Shown: positions 20,065 to 30,273 of the stretch, piece after piece
How positions within the stretch are numbered: the stretch's first letter is position 1
Layout: each line of letters opens with the position of its first letter
Origin: an uncultured Bacteroidales bacterium
GTDB lineage: Bacteria; Bacteroidota; Bacteroidia; Bacteroidales; ML635J-15
NCBI GenBank assembly: GCA_937982115.1
Contig: CALJNE010000027.1
Coordinates: forward strand, 462 to 64,461
DNA: 64,000 bases
Direction: 5' to 3'
Notes under the pieces: generated by a model
The model's input: the letters and a program-made list of their open reading frames with translations, nothing else
Databases searched by the model: none
What the model was told of the DNA's origin: nothing
Translations under genes and position numbers: made by a program

Positions 20065-20072
20065 TATTTTTG
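20065..20072 (+). promoter_or_regulatory. Bacteroidota -7 promoter motif (TAnnTTTG)
   Basis: TATTTTTG lies 18 nt upstream of the ATG at 20090. Confidence 0.45.
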
Positions 20073-20089
20073 TTTCAAACTTTTAAACT

Positions 20090-23000
20090 ATGAAAACTAT
20101 GAAAAAGAAAATCATTAACTTTTTAGGATTATTTTTAATCGGCTTATCTTTGTTCAGCCAACCCTATGCCTACATCGGCAACGGTACAGAGACAAATGAT
20201 AAATACGGATATCCTACTCCCTACGGAACTTTCTACAAAAACCAGAAAATGCAAATTATCTTAACAAAAAATGAATTGCTTTCTGCGGGATTAGTTTCGG
20301 GGAATATTACATCAATAGGATTTAATGTAGCCACAGTAAACAATTGCTCTTCGATGCCAAATTTCTCAATCAAAGCAGGTTTTTCAGATAAACAAAATTA
20401 TAATGACTCAGAATTTGTATTAGGATTATCAGAAGTTTATTTTAATTCAAATTATTTACCAACCCTTGGTTGGAATGAGCACATTTTCACAACACCCATT
20501 TATTGGGATGGAACAAAAAATCTAATCATCGAAACCTGTTTCGATATTATTCCGGGATATTACACTGAAAATGCCTCTGTGTTTATTACAAATAAATATA
20601 ATAACAGATCTTTAATGTTATCTTCTGATTATGAGCCTATTTGCAATTATAATACAGGAACCCCATATGAATATGTACCAAATGTAAGAATTTCGGGGAA
20701 TTTGGCTAGTTGTCTTCCACCAACTAATCTTATGGCAACAGAAATAACAAACAATTCAGCTAAAATCTCATGGGTACCTCAAAATGGTGAAATGCAATGG
20801 ATAATTGAATACGGACCTGCTGGATTTCAACCCGGAACAGGTTCCAGCATTATAATAAATACAATACAACCTTTCTATGTATTAACCGGATTATCATCAA
20901 ATACTAGTTATGATTATTATGTTAAAGCTATTTGTAATATATCCGACGAAAGTTATTATTCCGGACCTTATACATTTAAAACACTATGTGATAATTTAGA
21001 TTTAATATACAATAATAATTTTGAAAATGAAATTCCTTTTACTTCCCTTCCCGATTGTTGGAATTCTATTAAAATTAATTATGCGAATTCTATTATTTCT
21101 GATTTTTCGCCAATTTCAGGGAATAATTGTTTAAACATATATGCAGACATTAATTCAACTTTTATATTAATTTTACCAAAATTTAATCAAGATCTTCATA
21201 ATTTGTTTTTATCTTTTTACTCTTATCACTCTTGGGGAAATACAATTCTAGAAATAGGAACGATTTCAAATATTAATGATATTAATTCCTTTAACCATTT
21301 GTACAATATTAATTTAAATACAGATCAGATTGAAAACCAAATCTTATATTTTTCAAACAGTCCAATTACAGATGGACATATTGCATTAAAATATAGTTGC
21401 ACTAATATCTCAGGTAGTTTTTATATCGATGATGTTGTAGTTGATGTTTTACCATTATGCCCTCCACCAATAGCATTAGAAGTTAATAATATAACAGAAA
21501 CAACATGCGAATTATCATGGATTGATTCTGGATTAAGCTATAGCTGGGATATAGAATACGGTCAACAAGGTTTTAATCAAGGTGAAGGGATTTTAATCGA
21601 AAATATCAATACACTTAACTATGTACTCACAGATTTAGAACCTCAAACCTATTACGATGTATATGTACGGAGTCATTGTAGCGATGGTTATAGCAATTGG
21701 TCTAATAAAAAATCATTTAGAACGGATTGTTCTTATTTTGAAATTCCAATAATCGAAAATTTTGATCTTATTACGAATTTAATGATTCCTGAATGTTGGA
21801 CTACAGTTAATACTAATATGGGTTCTGCTTATATTGATTATTACAATTATTTTTCTGAACCATATTGTTTAGGAATGTATGATTATATGATGCCCAGCTA
21901 TCTTATTAGCCCGAAAATCAATGACCCAATTGAAAATTTACGAATTAGGTTTTTTGCAAAATCTTTTAATCCATATACAAGTATAAACGTAGGAACTATA
22001 TCCAACATTAGCGATACGAGTACCTATAATCCTTATGCTAATCTTACACTTTCAGAAGAATACCAATTATTCCAAATTATTTTTGATAATTATGCCGGAT
22101 TAGATAAAAACATCGCTATAAGATTAAATGCTAATTCTTTTTATAGTGTTTTTATTATTGACAACATAATAATTGATTATATACCAACATGTTTCGAACC
22201 AACCGATTTAACTTACTCCAACCCACAAATTAATTCTTGCTTACTATCATGGCAGGATATTAACGGAAGTTCTTTATTTGATATAGAATACGGATTAAAA
22301 GGATTTACTCCAGGCACAGGTATTTTAGTTGAAAATGTTACTAATCCATATCTTGTTGAAAATCTCGAAAGTGGAACTTATTATGATTTTTATGTAAGAG
22401 CCAAATGTTCTGATTTAGATTATAGCAATTGGAGCTTTAAAGGTGGGTTTAATACATTGTGTGATATATTAGATCTTCCTTATTTAGAAGACTTCGACTC
22501 CTCGTTTGAGTTACCATTATGTATCAATTTTTATAGTTTCTATCCCTATACTTTTCAGATAAACGATTATAATAGTGTATCACAACCAAATTCTTTAGTG
22601 GTTTATGCTGATTACCAAGAGGTTATGTTTTCATTGCCCAAGTTTTCAATTCCCGTTAATAACCTGTCCATTAAGTTATATGCATTAAAAAACTCATATG
22701 ATCCTGCTCAAATTGAAATCGGAACATGTTCTGATCCAAATAATATATCAACCTTCGAGGTTTTTTATTCAACTATTCTTGAAGAAAGCTACAATTTTAT
22801 TCCTTACACTACGAGCTTTAGTAATTACTCTGGTAATAATGAATACATAGCTGTAAAAATTGGTAATCCAAATTATTACGTCTATTTATTTATAGACGAT
22901 ATTAGTGTAACCCAATTACCAGTGATTGCACAAATAGACCCATATAATCAAATTCAACCTATTACAGTTTGCAAGTACACCGGAATGTCTACAGTTCTGC

Positions 23001-23458
23001 AAAATTTACCTGCAACAGTAAAAATAAAAGACAATTTGGATAACGAATATCTTTGTAACTTAAGCTGGACAGTTCCAACATACAATCCTAACATCGAAGG
23101 AGCTTATCCTGCTTATGGCACATTTAACCTACCGCAAGGAGTAGTGCAAAGTGATCCTCCTATGCAGCTTCAGGTAACTACAACTGTTAACGTTGTTGTA
23201 TGCAGTGCTATTGACGATGATATAATAAACGAAGAATTATTTACAATTTATCCAAATCCGAATAACGGCTCGTTCAGATTTTACGCCGATGCAGTTATGA
23301 AAATGGAAATAATTGATATAACGGGAGCAGTTATTGTTTCTAAAACAACCAAAATCGGAGAAAATTACATAGAACTTGGAAATATTTCTCAAGGACTTTA
23401 TCAGATTAGATTTACAGATGGAAATATTTTAAAAACCGTCAAGTTTATAATCCAATAA
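20090..23458 (+). CDS. large secreted T9SS cargo protein with three FN3 plus anchor-J/MAM-like modules
   Basis: Signal peptide; three repeats of C-PP-L...SW...EYG..GF..G.G...T.L...T.Y..YV...C (FN3-like), each followed by a roughly 150 aa domain ending in IDD. The C-terminus (FTIYPNPNNGSFRF...GLYQIRF) is a T9SS CTD. Confidence 0.8.
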   Translation: MKTMKKKIINFLGLFLIGLSLFSQPYAYIGNGTETNDKYGYPTPYGTFYKNQKMQIILTKNELLSAGLVSGNITSIGFNVATVNNCSSMPNFSIKAGFSDKQNYNDSEFVLGLSEVYFNSNYLPTLGWNEHIFTTPIYWDGTKNLIIETCFDIIPGYYTENASVFITNKYNNRSLMLSSDYEPICNYNTGTPYEYVPNVRISGNLASCLPPTNLMATEITNNSAKISWVPQNGEMQWIIEYGPAGFQPGTGSSIIINTIQPFYVLTGLSSNTSYDYYVKAICNISDESYYSGPYTFKTLCDNLDLIYNNNFENEIPFTSLPDCWNSIKINYANSIISDFSPISGNNCLNIYADINSTFILILPKFNQDLHNLFLSFYSYHSWGNTILEIGTISNINDINSFNHLYNINLNTDQIENQILYFSNSPITDGHIALKYSCTNISGSFYIDDVVVDVLPLCPPPIALEVNNITETTCELSWIDSGLSYSWDIEYGQQGFNQGEGILIENINTLNYVLTDLEPQTYYDVYVRSHCSDGYSNWSNKKSFRTDCSYFEIPIIENFDLITNLMIPECWTTVNTNMGSAYIDYYNYFSEPYCLGMYDYMMPSYLISPKINDPIENLRIRFFAKSFNPYTSINVGTISNISDTSTYNPYANLTLSEEYQLFQIIFDNYAGLDKNIAIRLNANSFYSVFIIDNIIIDYIPTCFEPTDLTYSNPQINSCLLSWQDINGSSLFDIEYGLKGFTPGTGILVENVTNPYLVENLESGTYYDFYVRAKCSDLDYSNWSFKGGFNTLCDILDLPYLEDFDSSFELPLCINFYSFYPYTFQINDYNSVSQPNSLVVYADYQEVMFSLPKFSIPVNNLSIKLYALKNSYDPAQIEIGTCSDPNNISTFEVFYSTILEESYNFIPYTTSFSNYSGNNEYIAVKIGNPNYYVYLFIDDISVTQLPVIAQIDPYNQIQPITVCKYTGMSTVLQNLPATVKIKDNLDNEYLCNLSWTVPTYNPNIEGAYPAYGTFNLPQGVVQSDPPMQLQVTTTVNVVVCSAIDDDIINEELFTIYPNPNNGSFRFYADAVMKMEIIDITGAVIVSKTTKIGENYIELGNISQGLYQIRFTDGNILKTVKFIIQ
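20711..22925 (+). repeat. three tandem, diverged coding modules of about 735-747 nt (about 245 aa) inside the CDS
   Basis: The modules start at the Cys codons at 20711, 21458 and 22190 (CLPPTNL..., CPPPIAL..., CFEPTDL...). The repeat is evident at protein level but is not nucleotide-identical. Confidence 0.75.
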
Positions 23459-23480
23459 CAAATTTGATTAACCTTAACTA

Positions 23481-23509
23481 AAAAAGCTGTCGGTAGACAG
23501 CTTTTTTTT
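23481..23509. terminator. bidirectional rho-independent terminator
   Basis: aaaaAGCTGTCggtaGACAGCTtttttttt lies between convergent genes. Confidence 0.75.
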
Positions 23510-24281
23510 ATTTTTTTGAAGCCTTAAATTTCAGATATTCTTCAGTAAATTTCTTTTTGGTATATAGAGGAAACTCTCCTTTTTGCACCCAGTCATAATA
23601 AGCAGGATCTTTTGCAAAAACATCAGTCAATTTTAACCCCTTATATTTACCAAAATTTACAATTACATTCTTTTCCTCATCATAAATTAAACGTCCGGCA
23701 AAATCAACATAATCACTATGGGATGAAAATTCAGAAATTTGAGAAATATCATTTCCAAGGTCTTCATATTTTTCTATTTGTTGTGCAAAAACTTCAAAAG
23801 TAGCCAGTGTATCGGCATTAGCAGAATGAGCATTTTCAAGCTCTTTATTGCAATAAAATTTATATGCAGCTTCGAGATTTCTGGGTTCTTTCTTCATAAA
23901 AATGACCATTACATCAATGATGTTTCTTTTTTTGAAGTCGAATTCCACATCGGCACGAAGAAACTCCTCTGCAAGCAAGGGAATATCGAATTTATTACAA
24001 TTATACCCCGCGATATCGGCATCACGTAGAATATTAACAAGTTCAGCAACTATCATTTTAAAACTGGGAGCATTCTTTACATCTTCATCGGTAATGCCGT
24101 GTACTTCAGTAGCCCGATGAGGTATAGGCATTTCAGGATTTATTCTGTAAGTTTTTAACTCCTGTTTTCCATTAGGCCATACCTTGAGTAAGCTAATTTC
24201 AACTATACGGTCTGTAGCAGGATTAATGCCTGTTGTTTCGAGGTCAAAAAAAACTATTGGCTTTTTTAAGTTTATTTTCAT
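23508..24281 (-). CDS. DnaQ-like 3'-5' exonuclease with a DUF3820-like C-terminal domain
   Basis: Exo I VFFDLETTG, Exo II AGYNCNKFDIPLL and Exo III HSANADT are present, with a C-terminal GKYKGLKLTDV...YYDWV. I moved the start to MKINLKK because the upstream codons lie inside the dnaN terminator hairpin. Confidence 0.8.
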   Translation of the reverse strand: MKINLKKPIVFFDLETTGINPATDRIVEISLLKVWPNGKQELKTYRINPEMPIPHRATEVHGITDEDVKNAPSFKMIVAELVNILRDADIAGYNCNKFDIPLLAEEFLRADVEFDFKKRNIIDVMVIFMKKEPRNLEAAYKFYCNKELENAHSANADTLATFEVFAQQIEKYEDLGNDISQISEFSSHSDYVDFAGRLIYDEEKNVIVNFGKYKGLKLTDVFAKDPAYYDWVQKGEFPLYTKKKFTEEYLKFKASKK

Positions 24282-24290
24282 ATTTATAAA

Positions 24291-24344
24291 ATAAAAAAGC
24301 CTGATTTTCAAACAATCAAAAAGCTATTATTGTGAAAATCAGGC
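24291..24344 (-). terminator. long-stem rho-independent terminator after dnaN
   Basis: On the minus strand the sequence reads GCCTGATTTTCA-(21 nt)-TGAAAATCAGGCtttttt: a 12-bp perfect stem. Confidence 0.65.
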
Positions 24345-24358
24345 AATTAAACAATATA

Positions 24359-25486
24359 TTAGCTAATCATCATTGGCATTAAAAGCATAAGAATTTCTTC
24401 GTTTTCGTCTTCGTTTTCTTTCGGAAAAATTAAACCTGCCCTACTCGGATCGGAAAGTTCAATAAGAACTTCGGTTGTATTCAGATTAGTAAGTATTTCC
24501 ATTAAAAATATTGATTTAAAGCCAATTAGCATATCATCACCTTCGTATTGACATTTAATTTCTTCTTCGCCTGAAATTGAATAATCAATATCCTGAGCAA
24601 AGATTTTCAGAGCATTACCGGTAATATTTAGTCCAACAAGACTTGAAGCCTGATTGGAGAAAATTGAGACACGTTTCAAAGCTGAAAACATTTCCAGACG
24701 GTCAACGACCAATTTATTTGGATTTTCTTGAGGAATTACAGAATTGTAATTTGGATAATTACCTTCGATTAGTCTGCAAATCATTTTGAAATTGTCGAAG
24801 CTGAGAATAGCATTTTTTTCGTCAAATTCGAGTGTTACGTCAACAGCTTCTTTTGGCAAAATACCTTTAACTATTGCAGCCGGCTTTTTAGGGAAGATAA
24901 ATGAAGCTTCTTGACCGGTTTTAATATCTTTACGAGTATATTTAACCAGCTTATGAGCATCAGTTGCAACAAAATTAACTTCAGAAGGCAATATTTCTAC
25001 GAAAATACCATTAAAAATCGGACGAACAGTATCATCGGCAGTAGCAAAAATTGATGAAGAAATAGCTTTTGTTAAAGTATTGCTCGGGAAAACAATACTT
25101 GTTGTTTTTTCTGCTCTTAGTACCGGAATTTGAGGAAAATCATCTCCGGGCTGCCCCATTAAAGAATATTTACCGGTTGCTGAGACAATCTCAACCTTTA
25201 AACTGTTCAGATCAATATTGAATGTTAATGGTTGCTCGGGAAGCTCCCTTATAATTTCCAGGATTTTTTTTGCATCAATGGCAATAATACCATCAGCATT
25301 ACTTGATTCTAAACTAAGTTTTGTTATTAAAGTTGTTTCCAAATCGCTACCGGTTATCTCGAGCATACCTGATTCGACTCTGAACAAAAAATTATCAAGT
25401 ATTGCAATTTTACTTTTACCTGAAATAACCTTACTTACAGCTTGAAGATGATGTAAAAGATTTGAACTTGAAACTATGAAATCCAT
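24359..25486 (-). CDS. dnaN: DNA polymerase III beta subunit (sliding clamp)
   Basis: A 375 aa protein with the three-domain clamp layout; the N-terminus MDFIVSSSNLLHHLQAVSKVI and the C-terminal LLMPMM are typical. Confidence 0.9.
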   Translation of the reverse strand: MDFIVSSSNLLHHLQAVSKVISGKSKIAILDNFLFRVESGMLEITGSDLETTLITKLSLESSNADGIIAIDAKKILEIIRELPEQPLTFNIDLNSLKVEIVSATGKYSLMGQPGDDFPQIPVLRAEKTTSIVFPSNTLTKAISSSIFATADDTVRPIFNGIFVEILPSEVNFVATDAHKLVKYTRKDIKTGQEASFIFPKKPAAIVKGILPKEAVDVTLEFDEKNAILSFDNFKMICRLIEGNYPNYNSVIPQENPNKLVVDRLEMFSALKRVSIFSNQASSLVGLNITGNALKIFAQDIDYSISGEEEIKCQYEGDDMLIGFKSIFLMEILTNLNTTEVLIELSDPSRAGLIFPKENEDENEEILMLLMPMMIS

Positions 25487-25554
25487 ATTTTATTTTTTTA
25501 GTTAGTCAATTAAAATTTTTATTTTCACAAAGATAAAAAAATATATTTTCAAAA

Positions 25555-26556
25555 TTATTTTTTAAAATAATCTTTTTTTACAGAGTATTGATCAACAACA
25601 TAAAACTGTATCAGCACAACCTCTTTATCGTCCACTACTGCATACATTCTATCAATATCAAAAGGATAAAGTTCACCATTGTCGTCCAATAATTTATCAA
25701 GATTTTGACGATAATACGCTTTAAAAGATTTTTTATTTTTATTAATGTCCACAACACTCATTTCAAAAACCATTGGTTGAGTTAATAAACTGTCTCGTTT
25801 AAATTGCTGCAAACTATCGAGAATAAAGGCTTCAAAACCAAAAAACTTAGCTCTTGAGATATAATCTTTTACTTTCAGAGTATCAAATTTGAAGTTTACA
25901 GAACTGCCATCGTAATTTAACAAGTCATAATTTGTAGCAGAATTTCTAACTGCGATAAAAGAATTTTCCGGCTGATCGGGATAGTGCATTTTAACCTGGT
26001 AAATATCTTCAATTTTATAGTTAAAAATAATTCTCTCACGCCATTCATTAATTTCAGTATTGTATCGTATCGTCAAAAATCCTGAAAATCCGGGTATGCT
26101 TACGACAAAAGGCACATCGCTTCCTTCGAGAATCATATATGTACCGATATTGTTTTCCGGTGCCCCACCCACATAATAAGTTTTTACCAATTTATTATTT
26201 TGATAAATTTCCGTTTTTATCCCGTAAGCAGCAATTGAACGTAGAACAAAGTCGAGTTTTGACTCAGGTACAGGCATTGTTACTTCTAAATTCTTGATGG
26301 TGGTCAATAAAACGTCTAACAAATCTCTGCGTGCTTTGTATTTATCATTTACCATCCAGTACCCGTCTTTTCTTTCCAGTGTAATATTATTGCCCTGTTT
26401 ATCGGCAAGAAAAATTTTATTTATTGAAGCAGTATCCTCAACGGCAAAATCGCGATAAACTCTCGCTGTGTCTTTGGTTTGAGTATAATACACTATCAAA
26501 GATATCAGCCCAACTAAAACAACAATAATCAATAAAATAATATTTGTCTTTTTCAT
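25555..26556 (-). CDS. DUF4340 domain protein (commonly follows gldG)
   Basis: An N-terminal TM anchor, then repeated beta-rich segments. Position downstream of gldFG supports the call. I moved the start to MKKTNIILL. Confidence 0.55.
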   Translation of the reverse strand: MKKTNIILLIIVVLVGLISLIVYYTQTKDTARVYRDFAVEDTASINKIFLADKQGNNITLERKDGYWMVNDKYKARRDLLDVLLTTIKNLEVTMPVPESKLDFVLRSIAAYGIKTEIYQNNKLVKTYYVGGAPENNIGTYMILEGSDVPFVVSIPGFSGFLTIRYNTEINEWRERIIFNYKIEDIYQVKMHYPDQPENSFIAVRNSATNYDLLNYDGSSVNFKFDTLKVKDYISRAKFFGFEAFILDSLQQFKRDSLLTQPMVFEMSVVDINKNKKSFKAYYRQNLDKLLDDNGELYPFDIDRMYAVVDDKEVVLIQFYVVDQYSVKKDYFKK

Positions 26557-26573
26557 ATCTGAAAATTTTAATT

Positions 26574-27773
26574 TTAGTAAATCCAAGCTACTCCATCAGA
26601 GAAACTCGAAGCGTAATTAAATATATCTCCGGTTACATAATTACCCTCATTATTTATATAACCCATTTTATCATTTATGGAAGAATAAGGCCAATATTTT
26701 CCGCCATCAGCAGGATAAATAAATTTTAAAAGGTTCTTTGAAAAAGGATAACCATTACAATTAAAGAAAAACTTATAAACTCCTTCAACTGTGGTAAAAA
26801 TACCGGCATCAGCACAATTACCGCTTATGTGATCAAATTTAATCGGCAACAATAAAGATCCGTCTTTCTTAATCACTCCGAATTTATTTCCAACACCAAC
26901 AATAGAGAACCCATTCACAAATTTCTCAACATAATCATAAATAGGTTCAATTACAATTTCTCCAGAAGTATTTAAGAAACCGAATTTTTTTTCATCTCCG
27001 TTTTTCGAAGAAAAAATTATCAAGCCTTCTGAATGATCATAAATGTCAAAATCTTTTGGAAGTGTTGTTATAATATTTCCGTCTTTTCCAATAACCACCT
27101 TATCTTTTTTAATTATCAGAACAGTAATCCCATCATAAAAATAGGCAGGATTTTGTTGTTGAAAAATGAAAGGATGAATAACATCTCCATTTTTATTTAG
27201 GAAACCATAAGCGGAATTTTCTTTCAAATCTTTAACACATACCAATCCTTCGGAAAATTCCTGAGCTCCTGAATATTTGCATTCAATCACTAATTCCCCT
27301 TTATTATTAACAAACCCCATAGCATCGTCCACAAAAACAGCACACAAACTATCCTTAAAATTACCTACACTTGTAAACAGAGTATTTGTTAGCACTTCAC
27401 CATTTTTATTTATCAATTTAAATCCTCCGGAAAAAGGATCTCTCACCCAACTTACCCCGTATTTGAAACCATAATAATTAGTATATTTACTATCATAAGT
27501 TGGCGGAATAATAACTTTTCCCTCTTTATCAATAAATCCTGTTCGCCAGACTTCTTTATTTTTTTTAGGATCAACGACTTTTGTTTTAAAAGCTGCAACT
27601 CCATCGCTAAAAGGCCATACAAAATGAGTTTCAAAAGAAAATAAAGTATCTAAATTTTCATTTATGCAATAATATGTTCTCTTTTGAGCTGAAACTTGAT
27701 TATTGAAACAAAAACCAAAAAAAATAACTAAAGTAGCTGCTAATGAAAAAGACCTTTGAAATTTGTTTTTCAT
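26574..27773 (-). CDS. WG-repeat (KWG-like) containing secreted protein
   Basis: At least six repeats of the type GFIDKEGKVIIPPTYD, GFVNNKGELVIECKY, GFLNKNGDVIHPFIF and GYINNEGNYVTGDIF. A signal peptide is present. The start codon directly abuts the gldG stop. Confidence 0.75.
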   Translation of the reverse strand: MKNKFQRSFSLAATLVIFFGFCFNNQVSAQKRTYYCINENLDTLFSFETHFVWPFSDGVAAFKTKVVDPKKNKEVWRTGFIDKEGKVIIPPTYDSKYTNYYGFKYGVSWVRDPFSGGFKLINKNGEVLTNTLFTSVGNFKDSLCAVFVDDAMGFVNNKGELVIECKYSGAQEFSEGLVCVKDLKENSAYGFLNKNGDVIHPFIFQQQNPAYFYDGITVLIIKKDKVVIGKDGNIITTLPKDFDIYDHSEGLIIFSSKNGDEKKFGFLNTSGEIVIEPIYDYVEKFVNGFSIVGVGNKFGVIKKDGSLLLPIKFDHISGNCADAGIFTTVEGVYKFFFNCNGYPFSKNLLKFIYPADGGKYWPYSSINDKMGYINNEGNYVTGDIFNYASSFSDGVAWIY

Positions 27774-29537
27774 CTATTTTTTAATGTTTCCGTTATTAAA
27801 TTTTATTCTTCTATATTTAATATTTCTTAAAAACAAAACCATCAATCCCAATGTAATAATTATTAAAACCGGCACAAAGGAATTAACATAAATCCACATC
27901 AACATTTTATTTTTTATTTTAGCTCTATCGAGGTTTCTGATTTTTATTTCCCTCATTCTTAATGAAATCAGTTCTTCGTCGGCACATAAATAGTTTATAC
28001 AATTAACTAAAAACTGTGTATTTCCCGGTGTATATTGCTCGGAGTAATACTTATCATAGCCTAAAGGATATGGTTGTTTTTTATCTCCTATTGAACGCAC
28101 TTCGTTTCTGATAAAATCGCCATCCGAAATAACAATCATTTTGGTAGGTTTACTTGTATCTAAAACAACAAAATTTGGATCGGTATAAAATTCATAAGAC
28201 AGTCTATTTTTAAATGCTGACTCAAAAGTACCTTCAAGTAAAACTGCTATTGGCAGATTAGGTTGATTAAATGTCAGCAACTCCGGTTTTTCTCTCATAA
28301 TTTCGAGGCTCACTTCTACCGGATGAATCATAGATTTAGAATACTGACTTGTTCGCAACAATATTGTTTTCTTTATTTTTGGATTTTCCCCAACAGTATC
28401 AATAGAGCTTACGAAATGAGTACGCATAGGTTCTACATTACGCAAAAGCGGGTGGTTAAGCAAAGTATCTGGTACAATTAACGGAAAATAATACCACGGA
28501 CGAGGTTCAAATTGAGGCTTACCATCAATAGTATTTACATAAACAGGAATATTCAAACATCTTAAATCCTGAATTAAATCGGGATTTATTCTTACTCCAT
28601 ATTTATATAGCTGATCATCGAGATTTATGTCTCTAATCATTGCCATCTCAGAAGATCTTTTCGAAAGGCTGTCCATATCAAAAACCATCCATTCCACAAG
28701 CCAAACTACTTTGCCGCCTTTCATGATGTATTGGTCAATGATAAATTTGTCTTTTTCGCTGAAACGAGCTTGAGGTTTTGCAATCACAACTGCAGCATAT
28801 TCATCAAGAGCGTTGAGCTGTTGATTCATTTTTACTCTGTCTATTTGATAATATTTAGACAAAGACAACATGATATCATAAGTCTGATATTCATTCAATT
28901 CATCATGCCCTTCGAGAAAAGCTATTTTACGAACTTTTTTATTTGATAGCAACCATATTGCATGCACAAAATCTCTTTCAAGCTCGGTTTCGGATAATCC
29001 AACCATAGAAGTGCCTTTGGAGGCATTATTGTTAATCAGGTTTACGGGAAATTCCCTTTCTTTGTATTTAACCAAAGCTCCGGCAAATATAAGTTTTTCG
29101 GAATAGCCTGATTCTTTGGCTTGACTTATATAGGTAGGATTTAAACCTTTATTGTATAATTCTAAATAAATTTTTCTGTTTAATTCAGGATCATCCTTCA
29201 CAAATGGGTTTTTAAAAGTAACCTCGATATTTTTATTATAATCCTGTAAATTGTTCAAAAATTCTTTTACCACTTTCCGATAACGCAACATTTCAGCCGG
29301 AAGATCTTCAGCCTCCAAAAAAACTTCTATATAAATTTTATCGTCGAGACCAGACAATATCATTCTCGAAACCGGACTAATAGTAAATTTCTTTTCTTTT
29401 GTAAGGTCGAATCTAAAAAATACGAGTGAAGATAAAATATTTATAAGTACAATTAAAACCAGAATCAATAAGGCTTGAATAATATTTTGCTTTTTTAAAA
29501 CCAATCTGGTGCGTTGTATTTTAACTTTCTTTTCCAT
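27774..29537 (-). CDS. gldG: gliding-motility-associated ABC transporter substrate-binding component GldG
   Basis: About 587 aa with N- and C-terminal TM helices, located immediately downstream of gldF. I moved the start to MEKKVKIQ; the track start is a TTG lying inside gldF. Confidence 0.75.
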   Translation of the reverse strand: MEKKVKIQRTRLVLKKQNIIQALLILVLIVLINILSSLVFFRFDLTKEKKFTISPVSRMILSGLDDKIYIEVFLEAEDLPAEMLRYRKVVKEFLNNLQDYNKNIEVTFKNPFVKDDPELNRKIYLELYNKGLNPTYISQAKESGYSEKLIFAGALVKYKEREFPVNLINNNASKGTSMVGLSETELERDFVHAIWLLSNKKVRKIAFLEGHDELNEYQTYDIMLSLSKYYQIDRVKMNQQLNALDEYAAVVIAKPQARFSEKDKFIIDQYIMKGGKVVWLVEWMVFDMDSLSKRSSEMAMIRDINLDDQLYKYGVRINPDLIQDLRCLNIPVYVNTIDGKPQFEPRPWYYFPLIVPDTLLNHPLLRNVEPMRTHFVSSIDTVGENPKIKKTILLRTSQYSKSMIHPVEVSLEIMREKPELLTFNQPNLPIAVLLEGTFESAFKNRLSYEFYTDPNFVVLDTSKPTKMIVISDGDFIRNEVRSIGDKKQPYPLGYDKYYSEQYTPGNTQFLVNCINYLCADEELISLRMREIKIRNLDRAKIKNKMLMWIYVNSFVPVLIIITLGLMVLFLRNIKYRRIKFNNGNIKK

Positions 29538-29541
29538 TTTT

Positions 29542-30273
29542 TTACCATTTACGACTTTCGAGTCTGAGTTTTGTTGCAAAAATAAATACTGCTATAACAC
29601 TTAAGAAATAAACCACATCCCTTGAATCAACCACACCTCTGCTTATAGAACCATAATGGTCGTTGATGCCCAGAGAAATAATAAAATTAGCAAGTTTTCC
29701 CGAAGATACTAAAAGACCAAGATAATCAAAGCCAAGGAAAAATATAAAACATAAAAGAACGCTTAACAAAAATGATATTATTGAGTTTTTAAATAAAGAG
29801 CTTGCAAAAATTCCTATAGCGGAATATCCGGCAGCCAGAAAAAACAAACCTATATAAGAACCTGCAATTGCTCCAAAATCAACATTCCCGACAGGGTCAG
29901 CAAGTGAATTTATAGAAATCAGATAAAATAGTGTCGGGATTAAAGCTATTAATACCAAACTTACAGCAGCAAGATATTTAGCAAAAACTATCTGAAAATC
30001 AGTTAATGGACGGGTAAGTAATAATTCCATGGTACCGGATTTGTATTCGCCCGCAAACATATTCATAGTGATTGCCGGAACAAGAAATAAAAATACCCAT
30101 GGAGAAATAATAAATAAAGTATCAATATTAGCCATTCCCATGTCGAAAACATTAAGGCTTCCTTTAAAAATCCACATAAACATGCTGTTTATCAGCAAAT
30201 AAATAACAACCACCAAATACCCGGTAATCGAGCTGAAAAATTCTTTTATTTCTTTGAGCAATAATGTAATCAT
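29542..30273 (-). CDS. gldF: gliding-motility-associated ABC transporter permease GldF (ABC-2 type)
   Basis: The N-terminus MITLLLKEIKEFFSSITGYLVVV matches the GldF-type start. It is a six-TM ABC-2 permease. Confidence 0.75.
   Translation of the reverse strand: MITLLLKEIKEFFSSITGYLVVVIYLLINSMFMWIFKGSLNVFDMGMANIDTLFIISPWVFLFLVPAITMNMFAGEYKSGTMELLLTRPLTDFQIVFAKYLAAVSLVLIALIPTLFYLISINSLADPVGNVDFGAIAGSYIGLFFLAAGYSAIGIFASSLFKNSIISFLLSVLLCFIFFLGFDYLGLLVSSGKLANFIISLGINDHYGSISRGVVDSRDVVYFLSVIAVFIFATKLRLESRKW

Noticed and set aside
29537-29579. When I hand-counted the printed sequence around the gldF stop and gldG start, my positions came out 1 nt different from the ORF track.
   Set aside because: This is most likely my own counting error. 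Track coordinates checked correctly at many other sites, so I used the track values. It is the reason for the 1-2 nt caveat on hand-derived coordinates.
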